A stretch of DNA of 64,000 bases. It comes from Malacoraja senta (taxonomy: Eukaryota). Both the position numbers and the translations under genes were made by a program. Of this stretch, positions 1-12,194 are shown one piece after another. The DNA lies in assembly GCA_038087875.1 (NCBI GenBank), contig CM075989.1, forward strand, positions 806,001 through 870,000, read 5' to 3'. The notes under the pieces are model-generated. The model was not told the DNA's origin. It did no database searches and was given only the letters and a program-made list of their open reading frames with translations. How positions within the stretch are numbered: the first letter of the stretch is position 1; each line of letters opens with the position of its first letter.

Positions 1-878
1 GGCCTCTACTGTCTTCTGAGGCAGAGAATTCCACAGATTCACAACTCTCTGGATGAAAAAGTTTTCCCTCATCTCTGTTCTATATGGCCTACCCCTAATC
101 TTAAACTGTGACCCCTAGTTCTGGTCTCCCCCAACATCAGGAACATGTTTCCTGCCTCTAGCGTGTCCAATCCCTTAATAATCTTACATGTTTCAATTGG
201 ATACCCTCTCATCCTTCTAAATTCCAGAGTATACAAGCCCAGTCGCTACATTCTTTCAACATATGACAGTCATAGAAACATAGAAACATAGAAAATAGGT
301 GCAGGAGGAGGCCATTTGGCCCATCGAACCAGCACCGCCATTCATTGTGATCATGGCTGATCGTCCCCAATCAATAACCCGTGCCCGCCTTCTCACGAAT
401 TAACCTTGTGAACCTACGCTGCACCCCCTCAATAGCAAGAATGTCCTCCTCAAATCTGGCGACCAAAACTGCACACAATTCTCCAGGTGTGGTCTCACTA
501 GGGCCCTGTACAACTGCAGAAGGACCTCTTTGCTCCTCCACTCAACTCCTCTTGTTATGAAGGTCAACATACCATTAGCTTTCTTCACTGCGTGCTGTAC
601 CTGCATGCTTAATTTCAGTGACTGATGAACAAGGACACCCATATCTTGTGTACTTCCCCTTTTCCTAACTTGACACCATTCAGATAATAATCTGCCTTCC
701 TGTTCTTGCCACCAAAGTGGATAACCTTACATTTTCCATATTAAACTGCATCTGCCATGCATCAGCCCACTCACCCAACCTGTCCAAGTCACCCTGCATC
801 CTCATAGCATCCTCCTCACAGTACACACTGCCACCCAGCTTTGTGTCATCTGCAAATTTGCTACTGTTACCTTTAATG
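1..878 (-). mobile_element. CR1 LINE 3' portion (RT C-terminus and 3' UTR), with a short extra CR1 3'-end copy at ~271-396
   Basis: ORF fragments [19 protein letters not shown] and LVRPHLE.CVQFWSP; (CATAGAAA)n tail sequence at ~271-295. Confidence 0.9.
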
Positions 879-1115
879 AGCCTGCAAATATTGTTATCAT
901 CGTATAGAATGGCCCACATAAGGAATCACTGGTCCCAATCAGTAGGAACAGTTCTAACATGTACATTCTGCAATAATCATACTCTAGTTCAATAATGTTG
1001 AAAATATGCCTCCTTTGGGAACAGAATCGATGTATTCAGTCATAACGTATAGAGAGAGAGCAAAGCAGCAGTTCAAATTGGTCTACACTGTTGATCATTA
1101 GTACCAGACACTTAC

Positions 1116-1185
1116 CTGGAACCCCCAAAGCTGCTAGAAGTAGATAATAAATTCCATACACTTGGCCGTTCACTTGTCTGTGCAT
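1116..1185 (-). CDS. Coding exon 1 of a paralogous GPR139/142-like GPCR (MHRQVNGQVYGIYYLLLAALGVP, phase-1 intron); exon 2 lies outside the window to the left
   Basis: 70-nt exon from ATG(1185) to CCAG|GTAAGT (donor at 1115). Same length and near-identical peptide to exon 31595-31664, with homologous flanks (~890-1420 vs ~31360-31820 plus 33670-33750). Confidence 0.85.
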
Positions 1186-1335
1186 TTTCTTTCACAATGC
1201 ATATGTGTTCTTGATCTGCAACCAACCTCCTGACAGTGCTGAATGTTCAAATATATAATTGTTCAAAGCCCCGGGAGAGACAATTAGATTACATCATCCA
1301 TGAAGCAAACTGATTGGATGACATCACCATTTGTG
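1186..1335 (-). promoter_or_regulatory. Proximal promoter/5' UTR of the paralogous GPCR (TGATGTCA, CCAAT, TGATGTAAT, TATA)
   Basis: Reverse complement closely matches 31445-31594; motif order and spacing are conserved. Confidence 0.6.
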
Positions 1336-1439
1336 TCAGTTACACTCATTAAAAGGAAGAAATTAAATCGCCTGCTGTCTGTGTGTTTATCTTTGTCTGT
1401 AGTACTACATAGAATAAAATAGAAGACTAAGGCACAAGA

Positions 1440-1700
1440 TTCCCTTGAAAAAGTAGAGATGGTCAAAAACTTCAAATTGATGGTCAAAAACAAAAACTTC
1501 AAATTCCTAAGAGTCAACATCTCCTGGACCACCCATATTGAAGCAATGAGCTAGAAGGGACACCAACGCCTCTACTTCCTCAGAAGGCGAAGGAAGTTTG
1601 GAATGTCTCCAACTCTCAACAATTTCTACAGATGCACCATAGAAAGCATCCAGGACCGCAAGAAATTGCAATGAATTCTGGACGCAGCCCAGGCCATCAC
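1440..1700 (+). mobile_element. Rex1/Babar-like LINE RT C-terminal fragment
   Basis: Degenerate 'NFKFL..NISWTTHI...HQRLYFLRR.RKFGMS' translation. Confidence 0.55.
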
Positions 1701-3465
1701 AGAGGGATCTAGGAGTGCAGGTGCATGGTTTCTTGAAGGTGGTCGCAGCTAGATAGGCTGGTCAAAAAGGCTGTTGGCACATTGGCTTTCATCAGTCAGA
1801 GTATTGAGTATAAAAGTTGAGAAATCATGTTGGTGAGGCCACATTTAGAGTATAGTGTTTAGTTCTGGGCACCATGTTATAGGAAAGATGTTATCAAGCT
1901 GGAAAGGGTGCAAAGAGAAGATTTACGAGAATGTTGCCAGGAATTGGGACTGAGTTATAGCGCCAGGTTGAATAGGTTGGGACTCTATTCCTTGGAGCGC
2001 AAGAGGATGAGCGGTGATCTTTTAGTGGTGTATAAAATCAGAGGAGGAATAGATCAGATAGATGCACAGTGACTCTTGTTCAGAATAGGGGAATTGAGGA
2101 CCAGAGGACATAGGTTTAAGGGGAAAAGATTTAATGGGAATCTGAGGGGTAACTTTTTCACACGTGGCTGGTGGAGCTGCAAGAGGAGGTAGTTAAGGCA
2201 GGGACTATCGCAATGTTTAAGAAACAGGTACATAGAAATGGACAGGTTTGAAATGATATGGGCCAAATGCAGGCAGGCGGGAATAATGTAGCTGGGACAT
2301 GTTGGCCGGTGTGGTAAAGTTGAAATGAAAGGCCTGTTTCCATGCTGTATGACTCTAAGACATGATAACTCCAGTCTCCTTGCTCCTGTCCAGAGAAGCA
2401 GGTGGCTTTCTCACTCTCACTACCATTCTTTAACACATTGTCGAACATCAGGCCACATTTTTGTTTAAATCTGGTGAAGGCATTTATTAAGGTCAAAAGG
2501 TCATAAGTAATAGGAGTAGATTTAGGCCATTCAGCCCATCAAGTATACTCTGCCATTCAATCATGGCTGATCTATCTTGCCCTCATAACCCCATTCTCAT
2601 GCCTTCCCTCCAAAACCTCTGACACCTGTACTAATCTATCTATCTCTGCCTTAAAAATATCCATTGACTTGGCTTCCACATCCTTCTGTGGCATAGAATT
2701 CCACAGATTCACTACTCTATGACTACAGAAATTTCTCCTCATCTCCTTCCTAAACAAACGTTCTTTAATCCTGAGGCTATGACCTCCAGTCCTAGACTCT
2801 CCCACTAATGGAAACATCCTCTCCACATCCACTCTATCCAAGTCTTTCAATGAGGTCCCCCCTCATTCTTCTAAACTACAGGCCCAGTGCTGACAAATGC
2901 TCATTATATTATTGTAGCTACTTCCCAGTCCATTACTGCTGCTAGAATAGGCATGTTCATTGCAGCCATATCTGTTCCGATGCATACAGAGTTGCTGTTC
3001 CAGTTGTGCATGACACATAAATAACAGAATCAATTGGCTATAAATATTGAAGTCTGCAGTGTGGCTACTCACCCATTTTAACTGGCATCTAGCAACAAAA
3101 TGAAGTAATTCTTTTTGTTGAACAGTTGAGTCCTCTGAGATGATTAAAGCATAATTAGCACTTGTGATTCCTCATGTTCATAAGTCACAGGAGCAGAATT
3201 AGGCCCATCGAATCTACCACATTCAATCATGGCTGATCTATCTTTCCAACCCCATTCTTCTTCCTCCTCTCCATAACTTTTGACATGCTTACTCACCGAG
3301 AATCTGTCAATCTCCACTTTAAAAATATCCAATGACTTGGCCCCAACAGCTGTCCGTGGCGATGAATTCCACAGATACTAATCCATGCCGATCAACATGC
3401 CCCATCTACACTCGTCCCACCTGCCGCATTTAGCCCATTTCCCTCTAAACCTTTCCTATCCATGA
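1700..3465. mobile_element. Cluster of CR1 3' fragments (+ 1700-2362; - 2495-2915; - 3175-3465)
   Basis: GHSLRIK and RVVNLWNS motifs, CR1-type 3' UTRs. Confidence 0.75.
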
Positions 3466-3614
3466 GGTTCTGCTTTATGTGTTCATTGTTGCACTCAAAT
3501 ACATTTAAAATACAAGCCTTGGATCCATTCTTCTGCTCCTCAACTAAAGATGACATTTAGTCACATTAGGGTGGGTGCTACATGAGACATCTTCATGATG
3601 AATATTGACTCATT

Positions 3615-3940
3615 GGGGCAGCCCAGTGCCGCAGCAGTAAATTGCTGCCTCACAGTGCCAGAGACCTGGGTTCGATCCTGTCTACAGGGGTTGTCTGCAC
3701 GGAGTTTGGACATTTTCCCCATGGCCACGTGGATTTTCCCCAAGTGCTCCAGTTCTTCCCACACTCCAAAGATAGACAACAGACAACAGGTGCAGGAGTA
3801 GGCCATTCGGCCCTTCGAGATGTGAGGGTTTGTTGGTTAATTGGCTTCTTAAATTGTTCGTAGTGTGTGGGATAGGGTAAAGTGATCGTTGGTTGGCACG
3901 GTCTTGGGCCTGTTTCCACACTGTATCTCTAAACTAGACT
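3615..3940 (+). mobile_element. HE1/V-SINE-like tRNA-derived SINE (chimeric)
   Basis: B-box-like GGTTCGATCC, conserved TTCTTCCCACACTCCAAAGA core and CTGTATCTCTAAACTA tail; similar copies elsewhere in the window. Confidence 0.7.
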
Positions 3941-4895
3941 CATAACCACTGCCACCATGTTATACTTTATGTTGTCTTGAGGTCTATGTTTAAAGTAAAG
4001 AACACAGACTTTGTGTCCTAGTTCTCTTTTAATAGTTCCAATGCTTTCCACAGGCTTCTCATTCTGTATCTGTTCCTGCTCACTAGATCACATGAAGTCA
4101 CTGTGTCATGCATGTCAAAGCACAGTTTCAATTGTAATAATATAACAATGTGCAATGACTGGCAGGTTTGTAGATGACACAAAAGTAGGTGGAGGATAGT
4201 GAAGAATATTATCAAAATTGTAGCTGGATCTTGATCAGTTCAACAAGGGACAGAGGAATGATTAATAAGAGTTAAATTCAGATAAGTGCAAGGTGTTGCA
4301 TTTTGGAAAGTCAAACCCTGGCAGGACCTTCACAGCGAATGGTCCTGCCAATGGGCTGTTGCAGAGCAGAGGGATCGAAGAGTGCAGGTACATAGTTCCT
4401 TGAAAGTGGCATCAGAAATATAAAGGGTGGTCAAGAAGGCTTTTGGCACATTGGCCTTCTTCAGTCAGAGTATTGAGTTTAGAAGTTGGGAGGTTATGTG
4501 ACAATTTTACAAGACATTGGTAAGACCATATAGGGACTAGTGTGTTCAGTTTTGGTCATGCTGTTGTAGGAAAGATGTTGTTAAGCTGGAAAGGGTACGG
4601 AACAGATGTATGGGGATGTTGCCAGGACTTGAGGGCCTGAGCTGTAGAGAGAGGTTGAGCAGGCTAGGACTTTCTTCTTTGGGGAACAGCAAAAGCAAAA
4701 GAGAAGGCTATAACATTGCAAAGATTAGTGGGAAGCCAGAGGTTTGGGAAGTTTTTAAAGAACAACAAAAGGTAACTAAATGGACAATACGGAGGGAAAA
4801 GATGAGGTATGTTGTCAGTAATATAAAAGAGGATAGCAAGCGTTTCTACAGATATATAAGGAGTAAAAGAGTAAAGAGTAAAAAAGAGGCAAGAG

Positions 4896-5863
4896 TCAGA
4901 GGAGGAGCCGCCATCTTGGAGGAACGGCTGCTAAACAGCAGCCGTCCGTCAAATTCACTCTTTCTTTTGTTTTAGTGTTTTTAATTTCTTTGTTTGTTTG
5001 GGGGGTTTTGACTTTTAATGTGGGGGGGTAAGGGGGTAACTATTTCTAGGTCCCTACCTGGTCGGTGAGGCAGCTTTTTCTCCAGGCTGCCTCGTCGACC
5101 CGTCCTCGTGGCCTACCAGCGGGCATGGAGCGCCGTTTCCTGACGGGGACCGCCCAGCACCTTCAGCTTCGGTGGCGGCACAGCGCTGGAGCACTATCGT
5201 GGAGCGTAGCGGGCGATGCCTTGCCTGGGTCGCCGCGCTGGATCGACGCGCTGGAGCTCCGGTATGCGCTGACCGCCGACACCAACACCTCCGGGCTGAG
5301 GGACTGCGGAGCGACCAGCTGCGGGCGGCGGCGCCGACTCCAACATCGGGAGCCTCGTGGCTCCAAATCGGCCCGGCCCTGTCGGCTTCAGGTGCCATCG
5401 ATTCCGTCAGGAAACCGGCCGTTCCAGCCGCTCCGAGGACTCTCCCGACGGCCAGGAACATCGGGCCTCCATAGAGGCAACTGTGGTGGCCTCGATGGGC
5501 CTGACTCTGGGGAGAACTGGGTTGGGGACTGGACATTGTGCCTTCCCCCACAGTGGTGGTCATTGTGGGGGGATGATTTTGTGTGCTGTGCCTGTCAGTC
5601 CGTGTACAAGATGGCGGTCGGAGGGGAGAGTGGACGCTGGCGCGAATTGGTCGCCGCTGCTCTCTCCTCAAATTGTGTTTCTTATTTTCTTTTGGTGCTC
5701 TTGAAATTGAATTCTCTCCTTGATTTGTGTACTGTGGTGTTTTTATATTTAATTTATTCCGATTATGTGTTTTGTATTTTTTTTTGTGATTCTATGCATT
5801 GTAAGGTGTCCTTGGGTTTTAGAAAGGCGCCAGTAAATAAAATGATTATTATTATTATTATTA
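4896..5863 (+). mobile_element. GC-rich non-autonomous retroposon with L2-type tail and (ATT)n
   Basis: 5' GCCGCCATCTTGG; body homologous to ~11140-11710; tail TGTAAGGTGTCCTTGGG..GAAAGGCGCC..AATAAA..(ATT)n; inserted into CR1 at AGT. Confidence 0.7.
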
Positions 5864-6216
5864 AGTGAACATTGGGATGCTGGAGAATGATGCAGGTGTG
5901 ATAATGGGAAGAGTAAATTAATAACTTTTTTGCTTCAGTCTTCACAGTGGAAAACACCAGCAGCGTGCCTGCAATCCTAAAGAGTCAGGGGGTGGAAGTT
6001 AATGGATTGGCGATTACTAAGGAGAAGGTGCTAGGTAAACTGAAAGGTCTGAGGGTGGATAAGTCACCTGGACCGGGAGGACTGCATCCCAGTGTTCTGA
6101 AGGAGGTGGCCTCAGAGATTGTGTGTGATATTTCCAGAACCACTAGAGTTATAAGTGGTTCCTGAAGATTGGAAAATTGCAAATAGCATCACGATGTACA
6201 CAAAGGGAGCAAAGCT

Positions 6217-6358
6217 ACTTCTTCTTCTTGCGTATGGCGTGCACTGCCTAAAGTTGTAGGGCAACTTGTTCTATATAATCTTATTTGATTGTGCATGCCG
6301 GGTTGATTGCATTCGACAAAACAGGGAGGACCACATGACGGTTGCAATCATCCACCCC
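6217..6358 (-). mobile_element. 142-bp short retroposon with HDV-like ribozyme head and RTE-like (AAG)n tail
   Basis: Perfect 12-bp TSD GGGAGCAAAGCT (6205-6216 / 6359-6370); minus-strand tail GCCATACGCAAGAAGAAGAAG. Confidence 0.85.
6305..6358 (-). ncRNA. HDV-like self-cleaving ribozyme (minimal, vestigial P4)
   Basis: Minus strand reads GGGGTGG-AT-GATTGCA-ACC-GTCATGT-GGT-CCTCCCT-GTTTTGT-CGAA-TGCAATC. This gives P1 with a G1.U wobble, a 7-bp P2, a 3-bp P3, a 7-nt L3 and J4/2 CGAA. Confidence 0.7.
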
Positions 6359-6842
6359 GGGAGCAAAGCTGAAAAGCGGAAACTATTGTTAAGATTTGAG
6401 AGTCAATTATAAAGGATGAGGTTGCGCAGTACTTAGAAGTTAGCATGGTTTTGTGAAGGGAAATTTTTGCCTGACGAATCTACTGGGGTTCTTTGAGTAA
6501 GTTAGTAGCAGGATGGCTATATGGTAAATCGATTGTCACTGTACCTTATTTGGTACATGTGACAATAAACTGAACTTGAAACCTTGAACTAGTGTGAATG
6601 GGTGATCAATGGTTGATGTGGACTTGGTGGGTCGAAGGGCCTGTTCCATGCTGTATCTCTAAACTAAACTAAACATTACATGCCTCAACTTTCACGATTG
6701 AACTCAAAAGCCATTCCATTTGTGTCTGAAACAAATAGGCATGCTATTTAAAATGTACAACATCTTGCGGATTGAAGGAGAAGGTGCCCAAATTACATGA
6801 TATGCAAATATAAAATAAGAAACGCAGAAATAAAATTAAAAA

Positions 6843-7875
6843 AGGGGAGAAGGCAGGCACGGGTTATTGATTGGGGATGATCAGCCATGATCACAATGAA
6901 TGGCGGTGCTGGCTGGAAGGGCCGAATGGTCTACTCGTGCACCTATTTTCTATGTTTCTATGTTTCTAGGACAGACAGAGGGGAGGCAGTAGATGTTGTT
7001 TATTTAGGTTTTCAGAAGGCCTTTGATTAGGTGTCACACAGCAGGCTACTAGGAAAGATGAGAGCCCATGGTATTAAAGGGAAGATACTAGCATGGATAG
7101 CGGGTTGGCTGGATGGCAGAAGGCAAAGAGATGCAAGAAAAGCTGGCTGCCAGTGACTAGTGGAGTCCGCAAGGGTCTGTGCTGGGGCCGCTTCTCTTCA
7201 CGTTGAATATTAATGATTTGGGTCAGTACAAAATGAGCATTTGAAAGCACTGGGCCTCTATTCATTGGAGTTTAGACGGTTGAGGGGGGACCTCATTGAA
7301 GCTTACAGAATAATGTAAGGCATAGGTAGAGGATGGATGTTTCCACTGATGGGAGAGTCTAGGACCAGAGATCATAGCCTCAGAATTAAAGGATGCTCTT
7401 TAAGAAAGGAGGTGAGGAGAAACTTCTTTAGTCAGAGGGTAGTTAATCTGTGGGATTCATTGCCACAGAGGGCTGTGGGGGCTGTCAATGGATATTTTTA
7501 AGGCAGAGATAGACAAATTCTTGATTAGAATGGGTGTCAAGGGCTATGGGGAGAAGGGAAGAAAATTGGATTAGGAGGTAGAGATCAGTCATGATTGAAT
7601 GGCGGAGTAGACTTGATGGGCCAAATGGCCTAATTCTACTCCTATAACTTGTGAACTTGTGAATTTGTGAACAGAAGGATGAAGGATGAACTTACAGAGG
7701 TGTGTAAGATCATGAGGGGATTAGATAAAATAAATGCACAGTCTTTTACCCAAAGTTGGGGAATCAAGAACCACATGACATAGGTTTAGGTGAGGGAGAA
7801 AGATTTAATAGGAACCTGAGGGCAACTTTTTTTGCACAAAGGGTGATGCATGCATGGAATGAGCTGCCAGGGGAG
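6843..7875 (+). mobile_element. CR1 fragments
   Basis: FQKAFD and SGVRKGLCWG (degenerate PQGSVLGP) motifs, CR1 3' UTR. Confidence 0.75.
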
Positions 7876-7877
7876 AT

Positions 7878-8430
7878 ACTATGCTGCTATGTTGGCCTCT
7901 TTGTAGGGTACATCGAACAATCAATGTTCCAGATGTACATTGGCCCTATCCCCATCCACTACATTGGTGACTGCATCAATGCTACCTCCTGCACCCATGC
8001 AGAACTCATGGACTTCATTAACTTCACTACCAATTTCCATCCTGCACGCAAATTTACTTGGATCATCTCCAACACCCTTCCCATTCTTGATCTCACCATC
8101 TCCATCACTGGAGATAGGCTATCGACTGATGTATATTACAGTTTGAAGAAGCGTCTCAACCCAAATCGTCACCGATTCTTTCTATCCAGAGATGCTGCCT
8201 GTCCTGCTGAGTTACTCCAGCATTTTGTGTCTATCTTCAGTCTATTACAGACGAACTGACTCCCACAGCTATCTAGACAACACTTCTTCCCACCCTGCCA
8301 GCTGCAATGACTATCACCACCCTATTCCCAATTCCTCCATCTATGCCGCATATGCACCCAAGATGAGGTGTTCCATACAAAGACATCCAAGATATCATCA
8401 TTCCTTAGGAAATGGGGCCCCTCTTCTATC
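7878..8430 (+). mobile_element. Penelope-like element RT fragment, degenerate
   Basis: 'LFVGYIEQSMF..YIGDCI..FTTNFHPA.KFTW..LPILDL..TDVYY' and 'TDSHSYLD.TSSHP' match the Penelope RT C-terminal region. Confidence 0.7.
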
Positions 8431-8574
8431 AAAGATGACCATAGACCATAGACAAAGATTGTCAAGGTGGTGGGATCGCATTCAAGTGAGAGGTGAGAAG
8501 TTGCTATGGAGGGTAGTGGAGAAAGGTTAGAGGACAGAATAGGCAGGAGAAAGGGGGAAAGCGAGGAAGGAAAG

Positions 8575-9580
8575 TTAGTTTAAACTGCACGTATTTGAAT
8601 GCAAGAGGCCTGTCGGATAAGGCAGATGAGCTTAGAGCATAGATAGGTACTGTACGTGCGACTGGGATGTTGTAGCCATTACTGAAACCTGGTTAAGAGA
8701 GGGGCAGGACTGACAGCTCAATGTTCTGGGATACAGGTGCTTCAGGAGAGACAGGGGTGATGGTAAAAGATGAGGTGGGGGAGGGGGATTGTTTAAGGAG
8801 GATATCACAGCAGTAGTCAGAGGTGACATTATGAACGGTTTGTCTAGTGAGGCTATATGGGTGGAGCTGAGGAACAAGAAAGTGATGATCATCTTGTTGG
8901 TGGTGTATTAGAGACCGCCAAATAGTCAAAGGGAATTAGAAGAACAAGTATGGCAGGTGATTGAAGCCAGCTGCAAGTCGAATAACGTTGTAATAGTAGG
9001 GGATCTTAACTTTCCCAATATTGACTGGGAAAATCAGAGTTTGAAAAGTTTAGATGGGGTGCAATTTCCCAAAGGTGTTCAGGAGAGAGTTTTCTACAAT
9101 GAAATGTAGAGTACACCTCATGTGAGATGACAACACTTATGTTGGGAATCTAGTGTTGGGAATGGCAAGTGAATGGTGTTCATGGAGGAACCTTTTGGGA
9201 CCTGTGACTCATGGTCAATTAGGTTTAAGATAGTTATGGATAGGGACAGAGAGGATCACATGTTAAAATGCTAAAGTGAGGTAAGTCCAACTTTGAGGGT
9301 ATGAGAGAAAGTCTCACTCAAGTTGATTGAGGCAGGTTGTTTCAGGGGAAAGGAACTTCAGCCAAGTGAGCTGTTTTAAAAAGTGTGTTGACAAAAGCTC
9401 AGGATATGCACGTCCCTATTAGAATGAAGGCAAACATAAGGAAGCTTGGCTGATGAGAGAAATTGAACCATTGGTCAAGAATAAAAATAAAGCATGGGAC
9501 AGGTATAGGCAGCTGGGATCGTGTATTCCTGGAGGAGTTTTGGGAACTAAGGAGCAAAGTTTAAAAGGAAATCAGAAGGG
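8575..9580 (+). mobile_element. CR1 ORF2 endonuclease region, degenerate
   Basis: Remnants of YLNAR, AITETWL and GDLNFPNIDWE motifs. Confidence 0.75.
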
Positions 9581-9662
9581 CGTGCTAACCGGTCACAGAA
9601 ATACAATCCATTATTACAATTGATCCATTTACGGTGTATAGATACATGATAAGGGAAAGTAA

Positions 9663-10283
9663 AGGGCCTGTCCCACTTAGGCTATTTTTTAGGCGACTAG
9701 GCTGTCGCCACATGGTCGCCAGGGTGTCGCCTGTTTGGTCGTGAGTAGTCTTCTCAGTCGCCCAGAGTCGTAGCGTCTTTCTGGTCGCCGCTGCATTTTA
9801 AACATGTTCAAAAATGTTAGTCGACAGTCAGCGACAGTGGGCTTGACGCCAATGAGCGCAGCTTGACTTCTCCTGATGTAGGTGCTGTCGTAGGTTGTCG
9901 CCAGGTGACGTAGGTTGTCGTCGGTGCTGACTTCAGTGAATTCCATTGGCATCTACTTACGTAAACATATGTCAACCGACGACAGGTACCGGCGATATGA
10001 ATTGCCTTCAGTTGTCTTCAGTTGTCGCCGACAGGGTCGTAGCTTGTTGTAGCTTGCCACAGGTGGATGTAGGTTGACTTTGGTTGTCGCCTGTGTGGTC
10101 GTAGGTGGACGTCCTAATGGGTCGCCGGTTGTCGGTAGCTTGCCGTAGATCGACGTCGACTAGGTGGTAGGTTGTTGTAGACATTGTTGTAGGGTGATCC
10201 AGTCATCGGTTTATTGGCAACCTGCTACGACTATGGCAGATGCCGGCAGTCACTTAAAAAATCGCCTAAGTGGGACAGGCCCT
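9663..10283. mobile_element. MITE, probably PIF/Harbinger-like
   Basis: TIR AGGGCCTGTCCCACTTAGG ... CCTAAGTGGGACAGGCCCT; TAA on both flanks; internal GTCGCC/GTCGTAG repeats. Confidence 0.85.
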
Positions 10284-10429
10284 TAAGAAATGTTACTGGA
10301 GGAATAGAGATTTAAGAGTGTGGAACGATTGTAATGTGAGTTTGTAGATCTGCTTCTGTGGCTCGCACAGAAATAATCGCCTGTTTTAGGCACCATCTTG
10401 GAATTTTAATTTGTGATTAGATTTAGATT

Positions 10430-11860
10430 CGTGTGTGGACGTTGCGTCGAACGACGGGAAGCCAAATAACCGAATGGAAACGAAGTCGAAAAGCAAAATA
10501 ACAGAAAGCATACGAAGTCGAAACGCCAACGAACCGAAAGGGCGGGACGCTGAAAAGCTAACTAACCAAAAGGCTGTGTCGTCTAAAACCAAACTCACCG
10601 AATGGACGCTCTGCCGAAACACCACCTAACCGAAAGGCTGCATCGCCTACAAGCCAACTAACCGAATGCCACTCTGCCGAAAAGTCAAATAATGCCTTGT
10701 GTGGGAAAATGACCCCCACCCTCCCATCTCCACCGGCCAGTGATGTGATGGACGCGGGGGTCTGGCACAATCGCTGACAAATCCCGCCCCCCGGCGACGT
10801 CATGTCCGTTATTTGACGTATCGGCAGAGTGGCATTCCGTTAGTTGGCTTTTTGGCGCCCCGCCCTTTTGGTTCGTTGGCGTTTCGGCTTCGTATGCTTT
10901 CGGTTATTTGGCGTTTCAGCTTCTTTTCCATTCGGCTATTTGGCTTCGACTTCTTTGCTTCGGCTTCTGTCCTGACGAGGACGGGGCACTGTCCTGTATG
11001 GGTATGGCTGCCCAGCCTGCAGCTGTCTGTTTTTTCACTTCTTTTTTTTATTTTTAGTTAGTTGAGTTTTTGTTTTTCGGAGCTCTAGTCTTTTTTATGT
11101 GGGGGTGGGGGGGTGGGGGGAGAAGGGGGAAACTGCTTTTCAGGGTCCCTACCTGGTCGGGGAGGCGGCTTTTCTCCGGGCAGCATCTTTGACCCGTCCT
11201 CACGGCCTACCAGTGGGCCTGGAGCGGCGTTTCCTGAGGGGACCAGCCAAAACCTCGGCTTCGGCGGCGGCACAGCACTGGAACACTGTCGCAGAGTGGA
11301 TGATGCCTTGCCCGGGTCGACGCGTTGGACCGCCGATGAACCGCCGGCGAGCTGAGACCGCCAATGAACATCGTGGAGCTGCGGGTCTGTGGAGCGGCAG
11401 CGCTGAACTTTAACATCGGGAACCTGGGATCTCTTGCCGAGATCGCCAGTGGTGGAGCTCCATCCAGCGTGGCCTGTTGGCATCGGAAGCCGCGGTCTCC
11501 GGTAAGGAAGCAGCCGTTCCAGGTTTCCTATGCCGCTGAGAGGATTCTCCCGACGCTGGAGCACCATCATCCGGCGAGAATGGCCTGGAACATCGGGCCT
11601 CCGTAAAGGCAACTGCAGAGGCCTCAATAGGCCCGACTATGGGTGGACATGGGGATGGGGACTGGACTTTGTGCCTTCCCTCATAATGGGAAACATTGTG
11701 GGGGGATGTTTTTTATGTTTAAATTTCTTTATTACTGTTATGTTGTATTCTTTTTTTATGTGCTGCAATGGCAATACGCATTTCACTGCACCAATTGGTG
11801 TATGTGACTAATAAAGAACATTTGAACCTTTCTCATCCTTCGACGCCACGTCCGGGTACC
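10430..11860. mobile_element. Foldback-type MITE with long inverted arms, interrupted by the 10965-11830 retroposon
   Basis: 10436-10570 is the inverse of 10838-10960 plus 11838-11855; TTTAGATT flanks both ends (10422-10429 / 11861-11868). Confidence 0.7.
10965..11830 (+). mobile_element. GC-rich non-autonomous retroposon (same body as 4896-5863) with a different tail
   Basis: Shared GGTCCCTACCTGGTCGG.GAGGC.GCTTTT..GGCCTACCAG body; tail TTTCACTGCACCAATTGGTGTATGTGACTAATAAAG(AAC..TTG). Confidence 0.7.
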
Positions 11861-12194
11861 TTTAGATTAGATAAAGGGGAAAGGGTAACTAAAGAGAGAG
11901 TGGGACCCCTCAGGAATCAAAGTGGTTACCTCTGTGTGGAGCCACAGGAGATGGGCAATGTCCTCAATGAGTATTTCTCCCCTGTCTTTACCGAGGAAAA
12001 AGACAGGAAGAAGCTGCCAGAGGAGGTAGATGAGGCTGGGACTATTCCAATAATTAAGAAACAGTTAGACAGGTACATGGATAGGACAGGTTTGGAGAAA
12101 CCAAAAATGGGCAGGTGGGATTAGTGTAGCTGGGACGCGTTGGCTGGTGTGGGCAAGTTGGGCTGAAGGGCATGTTTCCACGCGGATCACTCTA

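Larger units (their letters stand above)
4160..6510 (+). mobile_element. CR1 fragments, interrupted by the 4896-5863 and 6217-6358 insertions
   Basis: NIKEDSKRFYRYI and DKSPGPGGLHP motifs; the CR1 sequence rejoins across both insertions. Confidence 0.75.

Noticed and set aside
5054..5868. Long overlapping ORFs (205-267 aa) in GC-rich sequence; likewise 11085-11627, 32683-33309 and 62700-63161
   Set aside because: By-products of GC-rich repeats; no recognisable domain, and frames are not conserved between copies.
9700..10700. Short periodic motifs resembling a CRISPR-like array
   Set aside because: No constant repeat/unique spacer structure; these are MITE-internal repeats in a vertebrate genome.
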